Shown here: positions 9,089 through 19,800 of the stretch, in pieces
How positions within the stretch are numbered: the first letter of the stretch is position 1
Layout of the letters: each line of letters opens with the position of its first letter
Origin: an uncultured Candidatus Saccharibacteria bacterium
GTDB taxonomy: Bacteria > Patescibacteriota > CPR2 > UBA1875 > CAIMLA01
Direction: 5' to 3'
Length of the DNA: 64,000 nt
NCBI GenBank assembly: GCA_964501135.1
Contig: CAZCRI010000003.1
Span: 18,654-82,653 of the forward strand
Made by a program: the position numbers and the translations under genes
Notes under the pieces: generated by a model
Seen by the model: the letters and a program-made list of their open reading frames with translations, nothing else
What the model was told of the DNA's origin: nothing
Databases searched by the model: none

Positions 9089-9144
9089 ACCTTGTTTTAA
9101 GCACTACTCAAGAGTAGAATGTGGTTATACCAAGGAGAAATTCT

Positions 9145-11250
9145 ATGTCAAACCTTAACCTTAGTGATAACGAAAAACGAGATATTCAAAAATATCTTAC
9201 AGAAAATAAACTGCTCCCAGATAAATACAGGTTTCTTCTTTTTGATTCGACTCGTGAAGTAGAACTTATATGGAATGGCATGTCAGATGATATTGAGAGT
9301 TCAGTATTGCCATTTCAGACAATTGAGCATATTGATGAGCCACGAGATGAAGAGAAGATAAACTCTCAACAAGTGTTATTTGACACCTCGGGAAAACAAA
9401 TCGAAGGATGGTCAAATAAGCTTATCTGGGGCGATAACAAATTTATAATATCCTCACTTAAGAATGGCCCTCTTAGAAAACAGATTGAAGCAGAAGGCGG
9501 ACTAAAGTTAATCTATATAGACCCACCATTTGATGTCGGAGCTGACTTTTCTATGGAGGTAGAAGTTGGAGAGAATAACAGTAAGAATATCTTTACAAAA
9601 AAGCCATCGGTAATTGAAGAGGTCGCATACCGGGACACATGGGGAAAAGGCGCTGACAGCTTCATCTCAATGATATATGAACGACTGAAATTAATGAATG
9701 ATTTATTATCTGAAGACGGAAGTATTTACATACATTGTGACTCACGCGTAAATAGTTATATTCGTCTAATCCTTGACGAAGTGTTTGGAAGAGAAAACTT
9801 TGTAAATGAAATTGCCTGGTGCTACACGAGTGGCGGTGCTGGTAAAACAGCTTTTTCAAAAAAACATGATACGATATACCTCTATTCGAAGGCCAATAAG
9901 CACATTTTTAACATTCAATACTATAAGCGTTATGCCCTAATTCAAGAAGGGGAAGAAGTAGGTTTTGATCCTAGGATACAGTACTATAAAGATGAAAAGG
10001 GGAGAAGTTATCGTTTAAATCTTACTCTTGACTGGTGGAGCGACATTGGAATTGTTTCACCAAATAGCAACACAGAAAGGACGGACTATCCAACACAAAA
10101 GCCAGAGGGCTTACTTCAGAGAATAATTGAGACTTCATCAAATAAGGGCGATTTAGTAGCCGACTTTTTCTGTGGTTCAGGTACAACATTGGCAGTAGCA
10201 GAAAAACTGGGTCGTAAATGGATTGGTTCTGATCTTGGACGGTTTTCAATTCACACCACTCGTAAACGAATGATTGGCGTGCAACGAGAACTAAAAAATG
10301 CCGGGACAGACTTTAGACCATTTGAGATACTTAATATCGGTAAATACGAGAGGGAAAAGTACCTCGGTATTAACGATAGTTTGCGCGATGAAGAAAAACG
10401 AATGCAAAGAGAAAATAAGGAACGCGAATTTATCAAACTCATTCTTTCAGCCTATAAAGCCGAGGCTGTAAATTCCTTTAATAATTTCGTTGGGAAGAAG
10501 CGAGATAGGCTGGTAGCCGTGGGGTCAATTGATACGCCAGTAACAAATGACTTTCTGGAGAATATAATTATTGAGTGCAAAGAAAAGCATATTACAAAAG
10601 TAGACATTCTCGGATTTGACTATGAAATGGGCCTGGACTTTGAAACAACAAAGAAGCTAGGTATTGATGTTCAGTTTAAGGTCATACCTCGAGAAGTATT
10701 TGATAAAAGAGCAATAGAAAGAGGGCAAGTAAAGTTCTATGATGTTGCTTACATTGAAGTTAAACCCATTATCAAGGGCAGAGGAAATGAAAAAGAGGTA
10801 GCAATTGAACTAACCGACTTTAGCGTTTTTTACAATCAGGATAATACCGGAGAGGTTGAGGAAAAATTACAGGCCGGCGGCAGTAAAATTGTTATTGAAA
10901 ATGGACAGGTTATTAAAATTTTCAAGGATAAACAAAGCGGTATAGTAGAACGTGAAACTCTCACGAAGAAATGGACAGACTGGATTGATTATTGGTCTGT
11001 TGACTTTGAATTTGAAAGCAAGAAAGAACTTATCAACATCGCAGATCCCGCAACTGGTAGGGAGGAAAAGAAGTGGACTGGTAATTACATTTTTGAAAAT
11101 GAATGGCAATCCTTTAGAACTAAAAAAAACAGAAACTTAGAGTTAACATCTGCATATAAAATTACGTCGAAGGGTAAAATGAAAATTGCTATCAAGGTAA
11201 TTGATATTTTCGGTAACGATACCACCAAGGTAATTGAGGTGAATGTATGA
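9145..11250 (+). CDS. mod: Type III restriction-modification methyltransferase (Mod), beta-class N6A/N4C MTase
   Basis: Motif IV DPPF (IYIDPPFDV) precedes motif I FCGSGTT (ADFFCGSGTTLAVAEKLGRKWIGSD) with TRD between, the Type III Mod order; RBS aaggaga before ATG 9145; low GC (~37%). Confidence 0.8.
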   Translation: MSNLNLSDNEKRDIQKYLTENKLLPDKYRFLLFDSTREVELIWNGMSDDIESSVLPFQTIEHIDEPRDEEKINSQQVLFDTSGKQIEGWSNKLIWGDNKFIISSLKNGPLRKQIEAEGGLKLIYIDPPFDVGADFSMEVEVGENNSKNIFTKKPSVIEEVAYRDTWGKGADSFISMIYERLKLMNDLLSEDGSIYIHCDSRVNSYIRLILDEVFGRENFVNEIAWCYTSGGAGKTAFSKKHDTIYLYSKANKHIFNIQYYKRYALIQEGEEVGFDPRIQYYKDEKGRSYRLNLTLDWWSDIGIVSPNSNTERTDYPTQKPEGLLQRIIETSSNKGDLVADFFCGSGTTLAVAEKLGRKWIGSDLGRFSIHTTRKRMIGVQRELKNAGTDFRPFEILNIGKYEREKYLGINDSLRDEEKRMQRENKEREFIKLILSAYKAEAVNSFNNFVGKKRDRLVAVGSIDTPVTNDFLENIIIECKEKHITKVDILGFDYEMGLDFETTKKLGIDVQFKVIPREVFDKRAIERGQVKFYDVAYIEVKPIIKGRGNEKEVAIELTDFSVFYNQDNTGEVEEKLQAGGSKIVIENGQVIKIFKDKQSGIVERETLTKKWTDWIDYWSVDFEFESKKELINIADPATGREEKKWTGNYIFENEWQSFRTKKNRNLELTSAYKITSKGKMKIAIKVIDIFGNDTTKVIEVNV

Positions 11251-11804
11251 GCCAGCAATTCATTCCTTTTAGCCATGAGGACATAGAACTAAAAAATGCC
11301 TTGGTCGGTAAAGCAAGGGAATTAAGGAGCTCTGAAGATCTTGGTGCACAACTTTCATCGGCACTAATTTACGCAAGTATTACTGAGTATTTAGCCGAGA
11401 ACTTGTTAGCCAACTTAAGATACCTTGTTTATCGCTCCTCCTATGTTGACTTTGCCGGAATAATATTTATTGATGAGAGAAAGAAGACAAATAAGGCACA
11501 AAAGCAAACACTCGGAGACTCCAAGAACAACCTTGGAAAATACAGTTTCCCAGATAAGCCAGATATTATGGCGGTATTAGAGGAGATAAATAAATCAAGG
11601 AATAATCTATTCCACAATCTCGCCAAAGTTAAAGAGTCGGAATTGCATAAGATAGATACAGACATCAAATGTATACAGAATAATACAGAAGAATTTATTG
11701 AAAAAGTAAATGTACTTTATGCTGGTTTGCAGAAATTGGTAATACCAGAGGCGCCCCAAGTGCCGACTGATACTAAGGAGGGAAAAGAAAATGGCACTGC
11801 ATAA
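11247..11804 (+). CDS. Hypothetical 185-aa protein inserted between mod and res (overlaps both)
   Basis: ATGA overlap with mod stop and 14-nt overlap with res start; no motif recognised. Confidence 0.6.
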   Translation: MSQQFIPFSHEDIELKNALVGKARELRSSEDLGAQLSSALIYASITEYLAENLLANLRYLVYRSSYVDFAGIIFIDERKKTNKAQKQTLGDSKNNLGKYSFPDKPDIMAVLEEINKSRNNLFHNLAKVKESELHKIDTDIKCIQNNTEEFIEKVNVLYAGLQKLVIPEAPQVPTDTKEGKENGTA

Positions 11805-14472
11805 AGATTTTCCTAAGGACAAATTTCAAATACTCGACCCAGCGATTAGATGGTTTCCGGCTGAGGAGGATTTACGTAAGGATGGCTACGAAAAACTCCT
11901 GCCGCCTTTCGTACCTGAGTTAAGGGAAAGAGTAGCGGAGTGGCGTAAGGATCACTATGAGGGTGCTAGTAAGACCTCAAAGGCACTTCTAAGCTGGTGG
12001 TTTAAGGAGCCCCATACTATTTATGGCAAAGATGGTACAAGTATAGCTTTTCAATACTATTTTGCACAAAGAGAAGCCGTAGAAACAATCATCTGGTTAT
12101 ATGAAACGGAAAAAGTAGAGGGTAAATACGATTTAATAAAGTTTGACAAACTGGGACGGGTCAGTCCTAATATGTTTAGTGAAGAGTGGCTACGCTTTGT
12201 TATTAAGATGGCAACAGGTAGTGGCAAGACAAAAGTTATGAGTTTGCTTCTCGCCTGGTCTTACTTTCACAAGCTTTATGAAGAAGGGTCCCAGCTTTCC
12301 AAGAACTTCTTGCTCATAACGCCAAATATCATTGTTCTAGACAGGATTAAAAATGACTTTGTAGGTCTCAAGATATTCTACGAAGACCCAATTCTCCCAG
12401 ACAATGGCTACCATGGTCAAAACTGGCAAGATGATTTTCAGTTAAAGCTTCATCTACAGGATGAGGTTGGTGCTATTTCTAAATCTGGAAACATCTTTCT
12501 AACAAACATACACAGAGTGTATGAAGGAAGCATCAACGAGGCTAGTGCTGATGATGTTGATGTATCAAATTATTTTATGGGCAGTAAGGTGACAGGCAAA
12601 ACTAATGACTCAAAGGTAGATTTGGGTGAAATAGTAAGAGATATTGATGAGCTTATGATAATCAATGATGAAGCGCATCATATCCATGATCCGAATATGG
12701 CTTGGTCAAAGTCAATTGAAGATATTCATAACAAACTTCTACAAAAAGGTGGCAAACTTGCCTTGCAAATTGATGTTACCGCGACGCCAAAAAACAATCG
12801 TGGAGAGATTTTTGTTCAGACCGTAACTGACTACCCACTGGTTGAGGCCATCCACCAGGGTGTTGTCAAAAATCCAGTTTTGCCAGATCTTGCTAGCCAG
12901 GCAAAGTTACAAGAAAAACAAAGCTCAATTTTTTCTGAAAAGTATGAAGACTACATCCGACTTGGTGTAGAAGAGTGGGCCAAAACCTATAAAGAACTTG
13001 AACCGACAGGCAAGAAATCGATCTTGTTCATAATGACTGACGATACCAAGAACTGTGATGACGTAGCTGAGTTTTTAGAGAGGAGCTACGCACAACTCAA
13101 AGGGGCTGTTTTAACAATTCACACTAACCAAAGTGGTGAAATATCAGAGACAGTCTCAGGGAAGAAAGAAAAAGAATTACAAGAACTTCGTAAAAAGGCA
13201 AATGAGATAGATAGTCTTGAGAGTCCGTATAGGGTTATCGTTTCGGTACTTATGCTAAAAGAAGGTTGGGATGTAAAGAACGTAACAACTATCGTGGGGT
13301 TGCGACCATATGGTTCAGACTCAAAAATTCTCCCCGAACAAACTCTCGGTCGCGGTCTTCGTAGAATGTATTTTGGACAAGATGTTGAGGAATACGTGAG
13401 CGTCATCGGTACACCTGCATTTATGGAGTTTGTAGAGTCAATCAAGGCTGAAGGTGTTGAGTTAGAAAAGAGAAGAATGGATCGTTCAGGCACTCCGATT
13501 ACACCGACTGTTATTGAGGTTGATACCGCAAATGTCAAAAAGGATATTGATAATCTAGATATTGAGCTGCCAGTTCTTACTCCGAGAATACAGAGAGAAT
13601 ACAAAAATCTGAATCTTTTGAGTGTTGATAAATTCAAACACAAAAGAATCAAAATAAAACAGTTCTCAGAGGAAGAGAAAAAAGAGATTGTTTTCAAGGA
13701 AATAATTGAAGACAAGTTACATCATACAACAGTCCTGAATAGTTCTATTGAACCTAACTATCAAAGTGTAGTTGGATTCTTTGTTCAACGAATTATGAAA
13801 GAACTAAGGTTGTTCGGTTGCTACGATATACTTTTTGGTAAAGTAAAGGTGTTTATAACTCACGACTTATTTGAAAAGGAAGTTGATCTAAACGACTCCA
13901 ATATTCTGAGAAACCTGTCTGAATTAGAGGCAGTCAAAACAATAGTTGAGACATTCAAAAAGGAAATAAATGACCTGACAGTACAGGATGTTGGTGATAC
14001 TGAAATAAAGAATTATCTCAAAGTAAGTAGCGCGAGACCTTTCGTTGTTACTGATGCTAAATATCTTCTACCGAAGAAAAGCGTATTCAATAAGATAGTT
14101 GGAGATAGTGATTTTGAGCTGGAATTTGCAGATTTTCTTGAGAGAGCTGATGATGTTATTTCATTTGCGAAGAACTACCTAGAAATTCACTTCAAGATTG
14201 ACTATAAAAATGCAAGCGGAGCAATTTCCAGCTATTACCCAGATTTCTTTGTCAAAACAGATAATAAGACGGTCTATATTGTAGAAACTAAGGGACGAGA
14301 AGATCTAGACGATATAGAGAAAATTAAGAGATTGGCACAATGGTGTGAAGACGCAACTGAAAGACAAAAGAAGATAGAATACAAGATGCTTTACGTGAAG
14401 CAAGACGAATGGGAGAGATATAGACCAAGTAAATTCACCGAGTTGATTACTAGTATTGGAATGAAGCCATGA
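11791..14472 (+). CDS. res: Type III restriction enzyme Res subunit (SF2 helicase + C-terminal PD-(D/E)xK nuclease)
   Basis: Walker A MATGSGKTKVM, DEAH box IINDEAHHIHD, helicase motif VI-like region, C-terminal YYPDFFV...VYIVETKGRED nuclease motif. Confidence 0.8.
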   Translation: MALHKDFPKDKFQILDPAIRWFPAEEDLRKDGYEKLLPPFVPELRERVAEWRKDHYEGASKTSKALLSWWFKEPHTIYGKDGTSIAFQYYFAQREAVETIIWLYETEKVEGKYDLIKFDKLGRVSPNMFSEEWLRFVIKMATGSGKTKVMSLLLAWSYFHKLYEEGSQLSKNFLLITPNIIVLDRIKNDFVGLKIFYEDPILPDNGYHGQNWQDDFQLKLHLQDEVGAISKSGNIFLTNIHRVYEGSINEASADDVDVSNYFMGSKVTGKTNDSKVDLGEIVRDIDELMIINDEAHHIHDPNMAWSKSIEDIHNKLLQKGGKLALQIDVTATPKNNRGEIFVQTVTDYPLVEAIHQGVVKNPVLPDLASQAKLQEKQSSIFSEKYEDYIRLGVEEWAKTYKELEPTGKKSILFIMTDDTKNCDDVAEFLERSYAQLKGAVLTIHTNQSGEISETVSGKKEKELQELRKKANEIDSLESPYRVIVSVLMLKEGWDVKNVTTIVGLRPYGSDSKILPEQTLGRGLRRMYFGQDVEEYVSVIGTPAFMEFVESIKAEGVELEKRRMDRSGTPITPTVIEVDTANVKKDIDNLDIELPVLTPRIQREYKNLNLLSVDKFKHKRIKIKQFSEEEKKEIVFKEIIEDKLHHTTVLNSSIEPNYQSVVGFFVQRIMKELRLFGCYDILFGKVKVFITHDLFEKEVDLNDSNILRNLSELEAVKTIVETFKKEINDLTVQDVGDTEIKNYLKVSSARPFVVTDAKYLLPKKSVFNKIVGDSDFELEFADFLERADDVISFAKNYLEIHFKIDYKNASGAISSYYPDFFVKTDNKTVYIVETKGREDLDDIEKIKRLAQWCEDATERQKKIEYKMLYVKQDEWERYRPSKFTELITSIGMKP

Positions 14473-15317
14473 ACTGGACTCCCATAATTGAAGCCGTCTA
14501 TACCGCACTCCGTGTCGGGGCTATCATCCTGCCGCTATTTTTGGTTGTTGACTTTCTAAACCACAAATATGGAAACGACATCGAGAATATTCTACGCAAG
14601 TCCCGCAAGTTCATGCCTATCGTCGGCGCCCTCCTCGGCATCTTACCGGGATGCAACGTGGCGGTAGTTACGGCCATCTTCTTTACTGAGGGCATTGCCT
14701 CACTGGGAACCTTGGTCGCGGTACTTATCGCCAAATCGGACGAAGCGCTTTACGTATTCTTACCCCTAGGGTTCAAGTCTTTCTTACCGATATTACTCGC
14801 TAAGCTAGTACTAGCTATTCTTGCTGGATATCTCATAGATTTCCTACCAAAGATGAAAATGCGCGCTGCCAAACTAGAAACCGATATCGAATTCTGCTGC
14901 GCCCAGCATCCACACCACGACGGTAGAAAAGGGGAGATCGTCCACGCCATCAAGCACACCGTTCGTGTAATGCTGATCGTTTTTGTTACCCTAGCACTCT
15001 TCAACTACGTCCAAGATACCTACGGCACCGGTTTCCTGACTGATTTCTTTGGTCACATACGAATACTAGAGCCGATTATTGCCGCCTTTGCCGGACTAAT
15101 ACCGGGCTGTGGCACCAGTATCGCTATCGCAACACTATATGTACAAAAAGTGATTACCTTTGGCGCTGCGGTTGCAGGCCTCTCCACAGCGAGTGGGGAA
15201 GTGTTTGTCGTTCTGGCTGCACGCGGAGTAAAACCAAAGTATCTAGTAACGATTGCGGCGATACTAGTAATCATCAGCTCCATAGCTGGCATTGCGCTTG
15301 ATTTAATCATCAAATAA
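14469..15317 (+). CDS. Integral membrane protein with internal duplication (two LPGC(N/G) motifs), putative permease; translationally coupled to res
   Basis: ATGA overlap with res stop; ~8 hydrophobic helices; ILPGCNVAV and LIPGCGTSIA repeats. Confidence 0.6.
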   Translation: MNWTPIIEAVYTALRVGAIILPLFLVVDFLNHKYGNDIENILRKSRKFMPIVGALLGILPGCNVAVVTAIFFTEGIASLGTLVAVLIAKSDEALYVFLPLGFKSFLPILLAKLVLAILAGYLIDFLPKMKMRAAKLETDIEFCCAQHPHHDGRKGEIVHAIKHTVRVMLIVFVTLALFNYVQDTYGTGFLTDFFGHIRILEPIIAAFAGLIPGCGTSIAIATLYVQKVITFGAAVAGLSTASGEVFVVLAARGVKPKYLVTIAAILVIISSIAGIALDLIIK

Positions 15318-15339
15318 GCACTAATTATTTTTACATTTA

Positions 15340-15508
15340 CCACTTTTGGCAGCAAAAGTGGTGCAAAACTGCCGACTCCTTGCAAAATCGCAAGTGTTGC
15401 TTCTAACTCACTCGTTCTTAAATGACAAAACTCGTAATGCTCAAACATTGTCTTTTAAGATGCTCGCTCGGGTCGTCGCGCGCTGTATTTTGCAGGTCGC
15501 GGAAAGAA
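15340..15508 (+). repeat. ~170-bp repeat R1 (conserved ends, variable middle); inverted partner at 21073-21254
   Basis: ccacttttggcagcaaaagtgg hairpin, tgcaaaactgccgactccttgcaaaatcgc and ctcgggtcgtcgc.cgctgtattttgcaggtcgcggaaagaa shared with reverse complement of 21073-21254. Confidence 0.8.
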
Positions 15509-15626
15509 GAGTGACCTTAAACTCTCATGGATTTGTCTAATTCAGTACACTAACTCTGATTTAAGTTGATGCTGAATAGCCACTGCGAAGGTCCGCAGAC
15601 CGCCGCATTTATAATGTCTTTTTGGA

Positions 15627-15718
15627 TACTTTTGTGACTACGGACAAAAGTATCGGCTAAGCCTTGCTTTAGCAAGGCAAAGAAGAATAGTTTGCTTTAC
15701 CATGGTCGCAATGCAGCA
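15627..15718 (+). promoter_or_regulatory. H1-H2-M composite element copy B (H1 15627-15654, H2 15662-15679, degenerate M ~15701-15718)
   Basis: atacttttgt-gactacgg-acaaaagtat (stem shortened on both arms relative to copy at 100-129, i.e. compensatory); gccttgctttagcaaggc. Confidence 0.45.
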
Positions 15719-15751
15719 CAAGACATACTATTTAAATGTGTTATAAAATCG

Positions 15752-15780
15752 TTGACGTACCACGCCTTTTGTGCTATAAT
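15752..15780 (+). promoter_or_regulatory. Promoter TTGACG-N17-TATAAT for gene 15791
   Basis: ttgacg 15752-15757, spacer 17, tataat 15775-15780. Confidence 0.5.
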
Positions 15781-15790
15781 TGCACTGTAA

Positions 15791-16873
15791 ATGAAAACAG
15801 CAAACCCACAAAAAACAAATATGAAGGGCCAAAAACTCGACGTAAATGCAGAAGTTGAGTTTATTTTTGCTGCTCCAAAGCTAAAAAAAGAGCGCGACCA
15901 AGCTGTCATTACTGATCGCTTTGGGCTTACTGGAGCCAAACCAAAGACCCTAGAGGAAATTGGTAAGGCCCTGGGGATTACCCGTGAGCGCGTGCGACAG
16001 ATCGAGAAAAATACCCTCAAGAAGCTCTCTGACTTTGTTGCTACCGACCTGAGAGGTCAGGAGATTTCTTCGGTTATTCTGGGCGCTATCAAGAGCGAAG
16101 GCGGCGTAGTCCGTGCCACAACCCTAGATAACGACATCCTCGGTGAGAACGCCAGTGCCAAGGCCAAGCACCAGCTTAGCTTTATCGTGGCCTGCTCTAC
16201 CGACATTTCACTATACACAGAGAGCAATCACGCTCATCGCAGCTACTTCATGGCGCCTCTTGCCTCACCAGTAATTGATAAGGTGCTAAAAGAAGCCGTT
16301 TCTATCCTAAAGAGTGAAGATAAGCCAGTAGAAGAGAAGGCACTAGTTGCGAAGATTCGCAAAGCTGTCTCGGATCTAGAGCCCAAGACTATTGTCGCTA
16401 TCATCGCTATCAGTAAGGTAATATTGCGTACTGAGTCGGGTCACCTCGGTCTCTCTCATTGGCGCGACATCAACCCAAAGAGCATCAAGGACAAGACCTA
16501 TTACATTCTAAAGAAACACAACAAGCCACTGCACTATACCGACATCGCTGATCACATTCAGAACTTTGGCGGTAAAGAGAAACATGTCACCAAGCAAGCG
16601 GTACACAACGAGTTGATTCGTGACGAACGTTTTGTCCTGATTGGCCGTGGTATCTACGCACTCTCTGAGTGGGGATACGCCTCTGGTGTTGTTGAGGAAG
16701 TAATCGAAACCGTCCTGATCGAGGCCGGACGCCCAATGCACAAAGACGACATTATCGATGAAGTTCTAAAGCGTCGCATGGTAAAAGAAACAACTATTTT
16801 ACTAAATCTACAAAAAAAGCGCTTCAAAAGGGTAGCGAGAGCAACGTATACTGTATCTAACGGGAGGGAATAA
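15791..16873 (+). CDS. Sigma-70 region-4 (HTH) domain protein with ~280-aa C-terminal extension
   Basis: [27 protein letters not shown] matches the sigma-70 region 4.2 signature; the remainder is unrecognised. Confidence 0.6.
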   Translation: MKTANPQKTNMKGQKLDVNAEVEFIFAAPKLKKERDQAVITDRFGLTGAKPKTLEEIGKALGITRERVRQIEKNTLKKLSDFVATDLRGQEISSVILGAIKSEGGVVRATTLDNDILGENASAKAKHQLSFIVACSTDISLYTESNHAHRSYFMAPLASPVIDKVLKEAVSILKSEDKPVEEKALVAKIRKAVSDLEPKTIVAIIAISKVILRTESGHLGLSHWRDINPKSIKDKTYYILKKHNKPLHYTDIADHIQNFGGKEKHVTKQAVHNELIRDERFVLIGRGIYALSEWGYASGVVEEVIETVLIEAGRPMHKDDIIDEVLKRRMVKETTILLNLQKKRFKRVARATYTVSNGRE

Positions 16874-19800
16874 GTGCTGATTCAAGATATTAGCCTGGCG
16901 ATACTCGGCGGAATGTGGTCCGTCGTGGTTTGGACATGGTGGATAGTAGTGCCGATACTTGGCTACTTCACCTGGAAGAACTACAAAAAAGCAGAGTATG
17001 TTGAGGCGATTGAAACAGTCGTTCTCTCGATTAAAATCCCTAAGAATAACGAAAAAGGTCCGATAGCTGCCGAGATGATGCTAGCGGCGCTTCATGGTAT
17101 CTTGCATCCAAAAAGCCAGCAAAAGAAGGGGACTAGTGTACAAGAGCACCTGAGTTTCGAGATTGTCTCGACCCTCAATGCGATTGAATTCTTTGTTTGG
17201 GTACCGACACACCTAAAGGACTTCGTAGAAGGCCAGGTATACGCCCAGTATCCAACCGCCGAGATTACTACTGTTAGTGACTATTCACTCGATATCGATA
17301 TTGACGATGATAAAGTAGACGACGCCGTCGTCGGCACCGAGCTGGTACTGACGAAGGACGAGATTTATCCGATCAAGACCTTTCTGAACTTTGACGTCGA
17401 CCCACTGGCCGGCATTACAGGTATGCTTTCGAAAATTGAGCAAAAGAGTGAACAGGTCTGGATTCAGATTCTCGCCAAGCCTGTCGATGACGAATGGCGT
17501 GATGGCTCACTAGGGCACATTGCGAGCAAAAAGGGTGGGGCTGGCAGTGCTGATACCTGGGTGCATAAGCTAATCGATATTTTGATTATGCCCCTGCAGG
17601 TAATACCATACATGATCAATGCGATCATTTCGCCAATGACACCAGAACAGAAGAAGAAGCAGGAAGAAAAAGAGAAGAAGGAGAAGGAGAAGAAGGAGAA
17701 GGAAGCTCCGAAGCTCTCTCATTCTGAAGAAACTGAACTCTCTGCGATCGAAGAGAAGGCCAATAAGCTTGGGTACAAAGTAATTATCCGTATCTGTTAC
17801 CTCGCCAAAAGCCCTGAGAAAGCCAAGGAGCGCATCCAGGCCGTGATTGGTGCCTTCAAACAATTCAATACTACTAACCTCAATGGTTTTCAGGGGAGCG
17901 GCCTCTACACCGGACAAGACTTCTTGGACGCTTACCGTGCTCGTCTTTTCAATAATCACGGCTACACTCTAAATATCGAGGAACTCGCGAGCCTCTACCA
18001 CTTACCACACGTTTCAGTAGAAACCCCGAATATCCTCTGGACCTCATCTAAAAAGGGCGAGCCACCAAGCAGCTTGCACATTATTGACTCCGAAGACACT
18101 GTCGATAAAGAGCTCACACCGATGGGAACCACTACCTTCCGTAACGGACAGCGTACCTTTGGTATCACTAGAGACGACCGCCGTAGACATATGTACATCA
18201 TCGGTAAGAGTGGTGTCGGTAAATCACGTATGATGGCAAATCTTGCTATCAACGACATCATTAATGGTGAGGGTGTCGCCGTAGTCGACCCACATGGTGA
18301 GCTTATCGAGCTGATCATGAAATACATTCCAAAGGAACGTATCGACGACGTGATTTATCTGAACCCAGCTGACAAAGATTTTCCGATTGGTTTTAATCCC
18401 CTGGAATCTCCAGAGGGAATGCGTGAAGAGACCGCCAAGGGCTTTATCTCGGTACTCAAACGTATGTTTGGGTATTCGTGGGGTCCTCGTTTGGAATACG
18501 TCCTAAACCACACTGTACTGGCTCTCTCTGAGGTAGAAGGCTCAACGATGCTCGGCATCGTCCGTCTCCTGACCGACAAGGGCTATCGCAAGCGCATCGT
18601 CGAGCAAGTTACCGACCCGGTAGTGCAGATGTTCTGGCTCAAGGAATTCTCGACCTATAACGACAAGATGGCCACCGAAACTGTAGCTCCTATCCTAAAC
18701 AAGGTAGGACAATTTACGGCTTCGGCGATAATTCGTAACATCGTCGGCCAGCCGAAGAGTAGTATCGACTTTTCGGAAATAATGAATACCGGAAAGATAC
18801 TTCTCGTGGACCTCTCTACCGGTAAGATAGGGGAGGTAAACTCCGAACTGCTGGGCTCCCTGATCATTACCAAGCTGCAGCTTGCTGCGATGCAACGTGC
18901 CTACATCCCCGAGGAAGAGCGCAAAGACTTCTACCTCTACGTCGACGAATTCCAGAACTTTGCTACTGACTCCTTTGCGACGATTCTCTCAGAAGCCCGT
19001 AAGTATCGCTTGTCCCTCTGCGTGGCCAATCAGTACATTGCTCAGATGGAAGAAACTGTACGCGACGCTGTCTTTGGTAACGTCGGTACTCTCGTCTCTT
19101 TCCGCGTTGGCGCCACTGATGCCTCTTACCTCGAGAAAGAGTTTGAACCAGTATTTACCCAGAACGACCTGATCAACCTCGATAACCGACACATGTATCT
19201 AAATATGCTGATCAACGGCGTTACGAGTATACCTTTCTCAGCGATGTCCCTAAATACACCAGAGATGAAAGAAGATTGCTCGGCGATTGTAAAGGCCGTC
19301 TCGCGCGAGAAATACGGCAAGAAGCGTGAACTGGTCGAGGATGAGGTAAAACACTGGTACAACGTGGACTCAGTAGTTGCTGGTATCAACGCCAACGAGA
19401 AGGACGACCCAATTGTGACCAAACCAAAGCCTACCATTGTTCGTGAAAAATCTGAGCAGGGGAGTACCCCTAGCCAGCCACTACGAGAAAAGAAAGAAAC
19501 TAATATTAATCCCCCTGCCAGCAAGACCACCGAGAGTCCAAAGAAGAGTGACCTTCAGCTCGCCATAATTGCAAATACTAAAAAATCTGGGAAAGCAGCC
19601 GACAAACCTATGACCGAGAAACAAAAAGTAATCGCCGAGCTCGAGAAGAGTGCGGACTACATCGTGCGCCACAAGGACAAGGACGACAAGTACGTCTTTT
19701 TGCCAAACCACAAACCAGAAGGAGTGATTCCTGACAAGCGTGGCCGCCAAAAGGGCAACAACTACAAGAAGAATGGCCAAAAGATCTACGAAGTAAAGAT

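Noticed and set aside
15346-15540. ORFs MAAKVVQNCRLLAKS... (15346-15540 +) and MTAKVVQNCRLLAKS... (20970-21248 -)
   Set aside because: They share an N-terminus only because both lie inside the R1/R2 inverted repeat. There is no RBS or conservation beyond the repeat, so they are treated as non-coding repeat sequence.
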